Of a stretch of DNA of 64,000 bases, positions 23,401-35,530 are shown one piece after another (position 1 is the stretch's first letter; each line of letters starts with the position of its first letter). The notes under the pieces were generated by a model. That model made no database searches and was not told where the DNA came from. It was given only the letters and a program-made list of their open reading frames with translations. Both the position numbers and the translations under genes were made by a program. The DNA is from Klebsormidium nitens (Eukaryota; Plantae; Klebsormidiophyceae). The stretch covers positions 1 through 64,000 of the forward strand of contig DF237361.1 in the NCBI GenBank assembly GCA_000708835.1. Direction: 5' to 3'.

Positions 23401-26400
23401 GTGTAGGGCGTGTCGAGCATCATCGTGAGCCACGACTCGGGCTTCCTGGACAATGTGTGCACTGACATCATCCACTACGAGAAGCGCAAGCTCGTGCGCT
23501 ACAAGGGCAACCTCTCCGAGTTCGTCAAGGTCAGCACCATGCCACTTCACCGCCCCTGGCGGCCCGCTCCGCTTTAGACTCCTGGAGCGAGCGAATCTAC
23601 ATCGCCATTTACGTGCTTCGAGTCGGGTGCCAGCCACCTGAGAGCAAATCACCTCCTTTTAGTCGCTTGCTCGCTGTGTTGAGCAAGGGGAATGCGAGGA
23701 CCAAATTTCTCTCAGCGCCTTCCATCATTGCGGGAGGCTTCTCTTTCTCTCATTAGCCCATAAGCTCATGAATTCTCTTTCCTATTGCCCCGCAGCAAAA
23801 GCCTGAGGCGCGCGCGTACTACGACCTGAACGTGGTGACGCTCAAGTTCGTGTTCCCGGCGCCAAAGGCGCTGGACGGCATCCTGCGGCGCGACATGCCC
23901 ATCGTACGGCTCAAGGGCGTCGAGTTCACGTACGACAGCGCGGAGCGGCCGCAGCTGGAGGACGTGAACGTGCAGTGCAACATGGAGAGCCGGGTGGCCG
24001 TGCTGGGGGCCAATGGGGCGGGCAAGTCCACGCTCATCAAGATCCTCACCGGGCAGTTCCAGGCGCAGGTGAGCGGGCAACACTTGCTGGTGAAGTTTTG
24101 CAGGTCCCCTCCGTGCGTGTCCGACAGACCGGTTGAAACGGTGGAGGGCCGCGGGCGCTTGTATGTCATGAAATTCGAGAGTGCTGGGATTGCAGCATGC
24201 TCCCGAGAGGCTGCGATAGTACGGCTCCTCTGCCGTAGCACGACCATCAATGTGTCAGAAGGGTGCTTAGAACCCGGCCATCTTGAAACGAAAATAGCCA
24301 CTGCAAGCGAGTGAAACGGCGGACTTTGTCTTCAAGCGGTTGGAGAGGCGGCCTTTCTTGACATTGTTGAGTCTTTGATTGTGCAGAAGGGGACGGTGTG
24401 GCGGCACCCGAACCTGGGCATTGCGTACGTGGCGCAGCACGCGTTCCACCACGTGGAGGAGCACCTGGAGATGTCGCCCAGCCAGTACATCTGCTGGCGC
24501 TACGAGACGGGCGAGGACAAGGAGGAAATGAACAAGGTCAGGCGCGGAGAGACGTTTCCTAGTCGCTCAGGAGGGCTGAAGCATTGCGACGGGGCTCACG
24601 CGCATCCGCTGCCGTGCCCTTCGCTTATTGTAACGAAGCTCTTTGCACAGCGGGTCCTCGGGATTGCCATGTTAAGAGTTGAGTTTTAGAGTTAAGAATT
24701 GAGTTTCATAAAGCCACGTTAATAAGATGTTTGCTGCCTGAAAGCGGCAAGTTCTCTAGCACTTTGGCCAGATCTGGTGTACACCAAGTCGAAAAACACG
24801 GAGCCGAAAGCTCTGGTTCCTGTGAGGTTGGTGCTTTAAGAGCTGCGCTGACCTCCTTGTACGTGCTGACGTGCACAGGTGACGCGGCGCATCAGCAAGG
24901 AGGAGCAGCGGCAGATGGAGAAGATGGTGATCATCCGGGGGGAGAAGCGCAACGTGGAGAAGCTGGTCGGCCGCCGAAAATATAAAAAGACGTATGAGTA
25001 CGAGGTCAAGGTCAGCGACAAAGCTTGCATGCGCTATACCTGGAAATACTCTTCCGGCTGCATTCCAGTTTTATACGATTGCCACGTCAATATACGGCCT
25101 TCTTTCTGTAGTACTTGCCATATCGCCAGGGCAATATTCTAGCACCCAATCTTCTAGCACCGGAGGATTGAGGAAGAGATGGCCTCTTTGTGTCGAGGGG
25201 TCTGTCCAAGCACTTTGAGCGGTAGCTCGAGCCTTCTGCTGACTGCAGTCTCAAAGAGGTCCAAAAGGAACATTGCTGCTTCCCCTGCTCTCCTTGCCTG
25301 CACGCCCCTCACTTTGTTTACGTTTTCGTGCCCAGTGGAAGGACATGCACCCGGTGCACAACGCGTGGATGACGCGCGCGATGCTGGAGGAGATGGGCTT
25401 CCAGAAGATGATCCACGAGGTGGACGCGCAGATGGTCGCCAAGCTGGGCCTCTACAACCGGCCGCTCACCATCGCCGGCGTGCAGCAGCACCTCTCCGAC
25501 TTCGGCCTCGAGCCCGAGTTCGGCACCTACGGCCAGATCAAAAACCTCTCAGGTCAGCGCCGCAGGAGTTTTGAGGCAGCGAGACGGGGTTGTGTGAGTT
25601 TGGGGCCCTTGCGGTTTGTCTGTCGAGCAACTGTCCAAGGTGGTCTGAACGAATTGTGAGGGCGAAGAGACTCAGCGGGCTGATTTGCTTTGAGGAACTG
25701 AGCTTTTAGCGGACAACGTTCGCGCTGCTTCACCTACGATCCTACCGCTGCTGATATGGTAGAGGTGGAAAAAGAAGATTGAGGGAGTGCTCGAGAGGAA
25801 CTGTTAGCCGCTTCTGACTCCTGGAGAGCTTGTCGTTCCGCAGGTGGACAGAAGGTGAAGGTGGTGTTGGCAGCCGCCATGTGGGCCAACCCGCACATGT
25901 GAGCACTTCATCGGTCCCTCATTGACCCTCCTCTGCGTGCATTAGAACCTCATACCCGTAGATTTGCGTATTGTGCTGGGTTGATTCTGTACCTTACTCA
26001 GGCCCCACACAGCGCTGTCACTAATTGCTTAAAGCTTCCGTGTTGCAGGATCGTGCTGGACGAGCCCACCAACTACTTGGACCGGGAGGCCCTCGGCGCG
26101 CTGGCTTCCGCTCTCAAAGAGTACCAGGTACGGCACACTTTCGCGGCCAGCGCGCCAAAGCCTCGAAGCGAGGACTCGTGGCAATAAGGAGCCAAAAGAG
26201 CGAGGAGAAGTTGATGGCCTGCTGCAATTACCAAAAGTCTCTGCTGGCCGCAACTATTTGCAGCTTTCCGTAAAATGGCAAAGCCTTTTACACTGTTCGT
26301 TCCAGTCAAGGCTCTAGAGAAGCGTGTGCGTTCCGTTACTGATTCTCGTACCGGTTGCTTGCGCAGGGTGCGGTGGTGGTTATTTCGCATAACCACGACT

Positions 26401-26558
26401 TCGTATCGTCGGTCTGTACCGAGGAGTGGCATGTCGGAGGCGGCAAAGTGATTGCGGAGGGCAACCCGGCATACGAGGCGGCAAAGGAGAAAGCAGGCAA
26501 GGAGGCGAAGAAGGCAGCGGAGAAAGCGGAGAAGGAGGCGAAAAAGGCAGCGCGATAA
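17410..26558 (+). CDS. eEF3: Translation elongation factor 3 (eEF3/New1-type ABCF ATPase), 1160 aa with N-terminal repeat extension, or ~1009 aa from ATG 16214
   Basis: 21 phase-consistent exons: 17410-17884, 18326-18450, 18656-18802, 19059-19170, 19535-19717, 19934-20067, 20357-20522, 20821-20987, 21198-21312, 21731-21899, 22205-22458, 22729-22868, 23030-23104, 23407-23529, 23796-24068, 24387-24536, 24879-25010, 25336-25552, 25844-25898, 26049-26127, 26367-26558. HEAT region ([23 protein letters not shown]), [21 protein letters not shown], Walker A GHNGCGKS and GANGAGKS, signatures LSGGWKMK and LSGGQKVK, Walker B LLDEPTN/VLDEPTN, chromodomain insert ([10 protein letters not shown]). First exon choice is uncertain. 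Confidence 0.92.
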
Positions 26559-27631
26559 TAGCCTAGAGTGTTTTACGCCGCTATATGCTGCAGCTTTCCA
26601 AAGATGCAAGTGTCCGTGTTTTGGAGGGCACTTCCAATATGGGGTGGGGTGGGACTGATGCTTCCGAGTTCGTTAACATTCTTTGCTCCGCCAGCGCATC
26701 AAGGATACTGGGGGGCTGTTGCACGAATAATGTAGAGCTAGTAAACGCTTTCGCTGGAGACAGGTCGTTAAATCGCCCCTCCGTTGGTCCACAAATCAAT
26801 AGCAGGGGCTGAGTCATCATCAGTGTCAGGTTATAAGAAATGGTTCTTTGCTAGCTTCACAATGCATACAGTAACGGCAACATAGAAACTTGACCGCTAA
26901 GTGATTCTCATAGAACTGCAGTCGATATTGCTCCACCTTGCTTACGGTCTTCATATGAGTTATAGTTATGGGATACTGCATAGGGAATCTCTGCGTCGCT
27001 GAAGCAGCTGAATTTGATTCATGCATGCACTTGTCTGCATGAAAGTATAGATTCTGCGCATATATATGCATGTACGGTGCCTACTATATACTAAGCACGG
27101 CTTAAATTACTTACTTTTTAAGATGGAACCACCATGCAGACTGACATACTAAAAGCGCAACGGCGAGTACGTGCCCTGATCTCTTATTGCCGCCACATGT
27201 GCACGGCAACCTCATGCATGCATGTGCACATGCAATCAGTGACGGTAGCCCATGCAAGTGCGTTGCATGAGTACCGGCCCGAGTAGCTAGCTTTGTTTAA
27301 GGCTTGCACATGAGGCCATGAGCCAGTTCGAGCTGGCATGGTTTGTCCATGCATTGGGATGTGCGTGGGGGGCAACTCTACGCATGTAAGTAGTATGCAA
27401 ACCTCAGTGCAGGACGCCTTGATGAGTCAGTTCATTATCTGAACCATGGCCTTCTGCATTTTCTTCCTTTCCTGTAAATCTAGGCACTTAATCGATGCGG
27501 CATGAGTAAAGGCGCTGGTATACTAAATCCCCAAGGCATGCAGCCCGACTATAATTGGCCCCGCAATCATGTACAGTAAGCAGCTTGCAATGACCACAGT
27601 CATGAATTCCTAACAAACGACAGACTTTGAA

Positions 27632-30600
27632 TTATAGTGCGTGTTTTCTTTCTTCCGCGACGCTGTCTCGTCTCCTATACACATGAGGTGGCGACCTCGA
27701 TGAAACCCCAAAAATCGTTTCCCTCGCCCGGGGCAATTTCGGTGACTGCACATTGAACCCGTCCCTACCGTCCCGGTGCCCCGGGCCTTGAGCTTCCGCT
27801 AGCATATTCCACTTCTTGGCCTGCTTTATCAACTCGTCAGCCTCCCCGTTGAACTCGGGGTGGTCCAATATAGCAAATTTTAGTGAGGCGCACACAGAGT
27901 TGTTGATCCGCCCACCGAATCGCTCTGCGTGCCGAAGTAGCTCCCGAAAGGCGTCCATTGCCTTGGCCGCCATGCCCATCTTGGCGTAAGCGTTGATGAG
28001 CCCGTTGTACGCGTCCGAAATAAAAGGGCCTTTGAGCAGCCCCTTGCTGCGCATAGCCTGAAATGCGATCTCCGCACGGGGCACGTCCCTTGCCTGGAAA
28101 GCAGAATGAGGATCAATAGCTAGCCCAGGTTATCCCCCGTAATGACGCTATACTGAACCAAGATATTTTGTCAGATTGGACAGTTACAAGCACAGTCCAA
28201 AAACGTCTCTGTCCAACTAGCTTTGACTTTCAGCCGTTGGCCAAGTGGACTAGATCCAAAGGTTGGCAAGCTTTCGCAGCCAGAGGAATGCGAGGAGCGC
28301 ACGCGTTCTCAGCAACAGAAGTCGAAAGTCCTGTCTCGCCACCCATACTATACACGCAACTCACGGATTCCTCGATCTTTAGGAGGCCGCAGATTACGTT
28401 GTTTGGGCCATGCGCGCGGGCTCACCCTGCAGTAGAGGTGGATGAGCTCCACCATGGTGTATGCGTTCGCCTCGTACCCGTGGCTGCGCATCGCGTGCAC
28501 CACGCGCTCCGCGAACTCGACCAGCCCCGCCTTGCTGAACGCGTCCAGCATCATCTGGAACACGGCCTGGTCCGGCTCGATGTTGTTGTCCTTGAGGCGC
28601 GCGTAGATGGCCATGGCGCGCCCGGGCTGCTTGCTGTTGGCGTACGCCTGGATCAGAATGGTGTACGTGTACAGCTCCGCCTTGATCCCCGCCATCTCCA
28701 TGTACGTCAGCACCTGCTCCGCCTGCTTGTACAGCCCCGCCTTGGCGTACCCCGACAGCAGCGTGTGGTAGCTCGCCTGCGCAACAAGAATGGAGAGGGG
28801 GGTTCTCATCCTGAGAATTCGGAGGGGAGGCAGTCTCCGTTCCGCGACTCGCAGAGCTGTTCGTTGACAGTCGACTCGGTATTGACATGCATAGCATTAC
28901 CAGGGCTCATAATCTTTGGGAGCAGGTTGTAGCTTCGAGTCGACACAAGAGCGCGGAGGCTTAGGCCGCACTAAGAGATCTGGAGTGCCACGCAGCTTTC
29001 GCCACGCAGCTTTCGAATACGCCCAGAAAAGCCCGGAGGACTTGTTCGGACATCTGCATGACCGGCGAGTGACGTCTGCAAGGGAATGTCGGATGTCCCG
29101 AACACGAGCCTCTCTGCTGGAGCCACTGTCTGTTTCTGAACATACAAACTAAGATAGGCTATGATCATGAAAGATTAGCAAGGCGAGGCATTTTGACCTG
29201 AACTCTTTGCCTCGACGACAGAGTCCCACCCAATTCAGGACCGACCAAGGCCCACATCTTGCGATCCAGCCGTCCCGGCTCACCCTGTTCGGCCGGATGC
29301 CCTTCCGCTTCATCTCCGTGAACAGCAGAATATCCGCACGCGTATACTCGTGCGCCTTAACATACGCGTTCAGCAGCCCGTTGTAGGCCAGCAGGTCCAG
29401 CTCCAGGCCGCGGCTCTCCATGCGCTCCAGCATGCGCTGCGCCTCCGGGACCAAGCCCAGCCGCGCATAAGCGGTCAGCAAGGTCGTATATATGCTGGCG
29501 TCCATGGCCGTGCCACTTTCTTCGGCCTCGCGGAGGAGCGCTTCTGCGCCGGCCTGGTCGCCGATGCTAGAATACATGCCGATAAGGCACGTGTACGTGA
29601 TCACGCTAGGCTGGCCGTGTGCGCGGAGCCGTGCGAGGTGCGCCTCGGCCTTTTCCACCAGCCGCTGCCTGCGGGAGCGGAATGGCGGACCAGGTAAGCT
29701 AAGAAGAGGACGATCCCTTTTAGGTTTTAAATAAGGAGGGACTGTCTGCAGCAGCATTGGAAGCGAGCGGAGACGCTACGGGCGATCAAGAACGAGCCAT
29801 GGCCGAAGTTTCTGCCGCCTTCCTTGTTGATGTTTGGGAAAGCGAGCCCAAAAAACAAAAACGAGAACTGATCAAAAATAAGCGGCGCGGGAACAAGGGG
29901 GAGGGAATCGGGCTCGATATTTGCTACTCCTTATTTTCAGGTCAAGATGCAGGTTGTTTCTGCGCTCATGTCGAGGATAAGGCGGCTTCAAGTGTTGAAA
30001 GTAGTGGCGGTAGACCCAACAGACGGGAAGTCTGCTTCAAGGAAGTGTCACATGTCTGTCGTGGAGGGTCTGTACCAAACAACCCGATGAAGGGGCTGGG
30101 GAATTACAAACACCTTTTCCTGAACGTCAACTGAAGCAATAGTTTCGAATTGCCCAAGGCAACGTTCAATCATGGGAGGGCGCTGACCGGCAGTAGAGGT
30201 CGAGCATGGTGTTGTACGTGACCATGTCAGGAACAACTTTGCTCTCCGCCATCCGCTGCCAGAGGTCCTCCGCTTCCTGCACCATGCCATGCTGGCCGAA
30301 GCAGTTGAGCAGGATGTTGAACGACCTCGTGTGCAGCTTGAACCCCCGCTGTGGCCGCTCGTCAAACGCCTCCATGGCCGCCTGCACGTTCCCTGACTTG
30401 CTGTATGCGTCAATCAGCAGGTTGTGCTCGTTGTCGGAACATGGGAACTGCTCGCTTGTCAGCATCCACTCGATGACCTGACGAGCAGAAAGTAGATAAA
30501 TATGACCAAACGTACGGAGATGTCAGTGCGCAACGAAGACTCGCAGGCAGAGTGACTCAACGGCAGCGGCCAGAGGTCATCTGCGTTAAGACCAGATGAC

Positions 30601-31676
30601 CTTGGGTACATGTGAGCCATATGGTACAACAAACAAGTCCTTTGTGACCAGTAATCTTTTCATTCTGACTTCTCGTAAAGCTGGTCCAAGGTCACAATTT
30701 AACCCATCCAAGGTCACGTTATGGAACCTGAGGAGAGCTTTTACGCCACTTCTAAACCCCCTGAGATTCAGACCTAGGGAACTGCGCGTCAATCTGTAAA
30801 ATTAATCAAAGTGACCTCCACCAAATCTCAAACAGAGGCACTTGAAGATCTCAGTATCTTTGACCACCTTCGTACAGACAAACGCTGCGGTACAAGTATT
30901 CCACTAGTACGGTCTTCCTGTCGATTGTCACAACCTCTTGGTGGCACTATCGCTGTTGCTCTTACCTGGACTGTGCGGCCCCAATGCCGCTTCTGCCGCA
31001 GTGTCCCTATTAAAAACGCGAGGTCATGCCGGGACGCCCCCAGGCACTTGGACCAGTACTCCAGTGCGGCCGCCACCCCTTCCCCCCCCTCCGCTTCGCT
31101 GACCTCATCCAGCAGGCGCTGCGCGTGCGCGCTGTTCTGGCTGTCATCAACCTTTTTGGCTACCCCGAACGCGTGCCGCAGGCGCTCCTTCCTCTGCTTG
31201 CTGTTCTCGATCGGCCGCCGCACCGGACCCCTCTGCTGCCGTGCCCCCCGGGGCAGTGGGGGCAGAGTAGGGTCGATCGGCTTCCTCCCCGAAAAGATCA
31301 GCGGCTTTGGAATCTTGACAGGGCTGGAGGCCCGTCTTCGGCGTGACGGACGGAAAATATCGGTCACACTCTCGTCTGTTGCTGGGACTTGCCCTGTATC
31401 AATGGGCAGGCTGACAGGCACGCTAGGTGGTCCTGACGCTGTCGACGCTTGTGAATCTACCCCCAAGGCTTCAGCTTTTGTGGCCCGAATGCAGGGGCGC
31501 GACGCTGTCCGAAAGATCAGCTGGCCTCCGCTCCCAGCGGCATGATTAAAAAGTGGCGGTGTCTTTAAATATGTGTGTTTTGGGAAGGATGAAGACCGCC
31601 CGCTGAAAGTTGCTTGACTCATGGTGCAGCAGTCTTGAGTGGCCCGGACACCAGCAATGCATTGGGTGGCCTCCAT
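27632..31676 (-). CDS. P-class pentatricopeptide repeat protein, probably plastid-targeted, ~732 aa
   Basis: Exons 31676-30966, 30477-30188, 29668-29284, 28776-28426, 28093-27632. Multiple 35-aa PPR motifs (HNLLIDAYSKSGNVQAAMEAF, VTYNTMLDLYC, YTTLLTAYARLGLVPEAQRML, YHTLLSGYAKAGLYKQAEQVL). S/T/R-rich N-terminus; no E/DYW domain seen. Confidence 0.9.
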
Positions 31677-32439
31677 GGCAGGCTACCTCAAAGGGAGATC
31701 TGCACTGGAAAAGGGACGTGATCAGAGAGGAAAGTTTCCCATTTTGGACCCTCAGATCGAGGGCGGAGGGATCTCATTGCAGCTTTGGTCAAAGCTGATG
31801 GATCGTGTATGAGGGTTTGGCCGCACCACCTCCAGAATTTGGTAATGGTGAGCACAAGAAAAGAGGGAGGGAGTCCAATATTTGAGAAGTACTCACACCT
31901 GTGCTGAAAGCAATCCATCGTATACAAAAAGTGGAGGCTGCTTCCAGTACCACACAACCCTCTGGAGCAGTTATTAGCCGCTTATTACCACGCTTCAAAG
32001 GCCAAATGCCCTTTGATGTACTTGGATGCTGAGCTTTTGACTTGTCAGATGCGCGATGCCTGCTCGAAAGCGACATGTTTGCAAGTGCAGGGTGTCCAAA
32101 ATGAGAGACAGTTACCTACCTCTCCAGTCCCTGCTTCAGAACTGCCAACATGCCCTAGACTCTGGGGCCTCCCCTGCAGGCGGACTGCTGCTCAAGGAAC
32201 TCTGTACAACGAAGACAGCAAGGGACGACTTGCTGGACCTTCAAAATTCGTGGCTCCAGATTGTCGGGTACAGCCCTAACCCTGAGCTAAACCTCCGATT
32301 TTGCTTGGACGCGTTGCAACACAACAATTTGCAATGGCAAATGGTGACCGCATTCTCTACGAATTACATTATCTTCGCTAGCTAGTCGTTCAAGGAGTTA
32401 GAAGGCGGCTCCTTTGTCAAGGTCCGATTGCAACTTTTG

Positions 32440-32469
32440 CGAACACTTTTTCGAACACTTTTTCGAACA
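32440..32469. repeat. 12-bp tandem repeat CGAACACTTTTT x2.5
   Basis: cgaacactttttcgaacactttttcgaaca in the PPR/TrhO divergent spacer. Confidence 0.85.
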
Positions 32470-32716
32470 AACGAGGAGAGCGCAGTTGCGACTAACCCGG
32501 TTACTGTAGTAACCACGGTCCAGCTGAAGAAGAAGCAGCTGGTCAGCACAACCTGGAGGCAGCACGAAGCTCAGCACATTTTAGGAGGCCATCTGTTGGG
32601 CCTCGCTGCAGCAGAGGCGACAAACAACTTAGCTGATACCTATTGTAGCTACTGTAGGTTGGTTGAAGGAATGCATTTTGGCGTGAAAACTTTCTTTGCT
32701 GACGGGCAATGCTCCA

Positions 32717-35530
32717 ATGACAGCCTCTGCGACCAGCTTCTCAAGGCCCGCTCCTTGTCAAGGGCCCCAGCTCAAATCAGGGACGCAGAACACTGTGCAA
32801 ACTCACCTCTCAGCTAAATTTCTGTCTGCAAAGGTCCCTCAGGCCCCTCTTTCCACGACCTCTTCGAGGTGCCTCTTCAGCTTGCGGCCTCAACCGGGTC
32901 TTACATTCGTTGCCTCACAGGCATTTTACCGGCGCACAATCTGTGATGCTGGGGTGGTAAGGTCGTTGCATGCAAAAGCACCCGCAGCCGGTCAAGCTGA
33001 TGGACAGACAATGGCAGGGGTCGAAGAAGGTCATTCTCAGGAGCACCCCCTCGTGTATGTCAGCTTCTACAAGTTTGCCAGCCTGCCGGACTACGAGCAG
33101 CTAAGACTGGCCATCAAGCAAAGATGTGACGAAGAAGTAAGTCACAACCCACATAGCTACAACCACTTTGGTTCGCTCGGATGGGTCACGTTGTGGGTAC
33201 TCATGGTCCTTCTGTTGTTTGGCGGCCTTTGCCCCTGCATCACTTATCAATACCTTATCTCCAACTTTCCCCGCTTCCAACATTTTGTGTTGCTTCTTGT
33301 TGAGTTAGTTTCCTTCAGCAGTCAAGGATGGCAACATTTATCACGCTGGAACATCCCTGCGTTCGCAACGGCACGGCCAACGCGCTACCTGACTTGTGCT
33401 ACCCACTGCACAGGGTGTTGCTGGTGGCATCATTGTGGCGCCAGAGGGCATCAACGGCAGCATCTGTGGCACAAGGGCCGGCATCGACTCCGTCCTTGCG
33501 TACCTGCGGTCCGACCCGCGCTTTGCCACCATGCGCAACACTGAGGGGCCAGGCCCTTCAGAAGCTCCCCCAAGCCCAAGTGCAACGGGCGCCCCGAAGG
33601 CCACCGAAAACGTGAAGGGGAATGGATGGGTCGGGCCCAAAGGGGAAGAGTGGAAGGCGACGCCCTTTCAGCGGGACAGAGTGAATGTCAAATTGAAGAA
33701 AGAGGTGAGGAGCCATGGTGGCGGATCAAAGCACTTCACAGGGGCAGGTAGAGTTTTCCCTTCTTTGAGTGCAGGCGCTACAACTCAAGTTCCAAAACGC
33801 TCGTTGGAAGATGCATTTTCCATTGGTCCATATCCGCGAGCGCCTGGCGACCACTGTGGCAGAGTCTCAGTCCGTTGATTGGCCTCAACCTATCTGCAGG
33901 TCATTCCACTAGGGGTGGAAGTGGACCCCATGCAACGGGTGGGCACATATGTGAAGCCTTCGGAGTGGAACGCCCTCCTTGAAGACCCGGATGTGGTGAG
34001 CAAGCTTTTGTGTGTCTACTATTGATGACCGTTCTGCTGTTCGAGTCGAATGAGGGGAGGGCCGCTGGCCTCCATCCTGATGTTCATTGGTAGTCGCTCT
34101 TCAGTCCATCCTACGGTGGCTGCTAGTTTCCTGCAGTATATGACAAGATATGCTGCAATACGCAGTTGATCCAGGAAACAAGCTTGGGGCTTAGAAGTGA
34201 TGACCACTGGCTCCTGTCCAGGTTGTGGTGGACGTTCGCAACGCGTACGAAACGCGGATTGGCAAGTTCCGAGGTGCTGTTGACCCGCGCACCGAGAGCT
34301 TCAAGGACTTCCCGGAGTGGGTAGAAAGAAACCTGCTAGAAGCGACGGCAAGTGGTCTCGACAGGGCGTCTAGTGGGGGAGCAGCTAGTACGGCAGGGAG
34401 AGGGGAAGACACTGAGGTCGATCTGCCCGACCAGACTGAGGAGGGTGACACACACAGACTGAAACGGGGCAGAGAAGAGGAGTCGGCCGCTAGAGTCTTC
34501 TGGGACACTGGCGACAGCGGGGAGCATGAAGCAGGCACTGGGGGGCAGCGAAGCGAGACAGCAGTGCAGAACGGCTTATCAGATCTGTCGGACGGGGATG
34601 ACTCCATTGTCAAAAGTGACCAAGGGGACGAGACAACTGCGGGTGTTGCAGAGCCGGACGTCCGAACCACTGCGGACTCGGCCAAGGAGAAGAAGGTCGC
34701 CATGTACTGTACCGGGGGCATTCGATGTGAGAAGTCGACTTCGTTGCTGCTGCAGATGGGCTTCAAAGAGGTCGGTGTAACATTCCCTAGCCTGTTGTAC
34801 AGTTTAAGACATTAATTGCTTGTACGCCACAGCCTGTTATCGGAGGGTTGTTGATAAATGTCCTTCATTAGCATAGCACAAGCCTTTTGATGTAACTGAG
34901 GCCGGCTTCAGCCAGGGCCGCCAGCCGACCTTCCAGGTTCTCGGGGCCTACGGAGAAGTCTACATTTGAAAACTTGAATGCTTTCAAAGTGAAACGAGAA
35001 ACGGCGGCTGTTTGGTCGAACAGCCGGTGTCCCCTGTGAAGGCTTCAGCCTTCGGGTTTTGAACTCAGAATGTTGGCCCTACAATATACTTTGAGATCCC
35101 CGTTCTACAGGTGTATCACTTAGAAGGCGGGATCCTCCGGTACCTGGATGAAGTTCCGCCCGAAGAGAGCCTGTGGGAGGGCGAGTGCTTCGTCTTCGAC
35201 CGGCGCACGTCCGTGAAGCACGGGATGGAGCCGGGGAGCTACTCTCTGTGCTTTGCATGCAAGGAGCCCATTAGCCCGGCGCAGAAAGAATCGCCCTTGT
35301 ATATCACGGGCATCCAGTGTCCCCTGTGCGCTCACAAGAAAACGGAGAAGCAGAAGGAGCGGGATCGCCAGCGGCAGAGGCAGTTTGAAACGTACGGGCT
35401 GATAGGAGGGGCGCTGACCCGGAGCAGGCCTCCCAAAAAGGCTGTTGCCGGCACGAAACGAGAAGTGGCGGAGACGGAGAGAGTTGGTCGCTGGGTGACA
35501 TGCGGAGAACAGGACAGACGAGAGCATTGA
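32717..35530 (+). CDS. trhO: Rhodanese-domain protein of the TrhO/UPF0176 (tRNA U34 hydroxylase) family, similar to plant STR7/STR8, ~591 aa
   Basis: Exons 32717-33136, 33414-33704, 33900-33995, 34222-34770, 35111-35530. Motifs [83 protein letters not shown] and the Cys cluster CFAC..CPLC. Transit-peptide-like N-terminus; start codon tentative. Confidence 0.9.

Noticed and set aside
18326-26558. Fungal contamination or recent horizontal transfer as the source of eEF3
   Set aside because: Intron density, splice signals and codon style match the flanking plant-type genes on the same contig.
32440-32469. Heat-shock element
   Set aside because: GAA and TTC are 6 nt apart, not the nGAAnnTTCn spacing.
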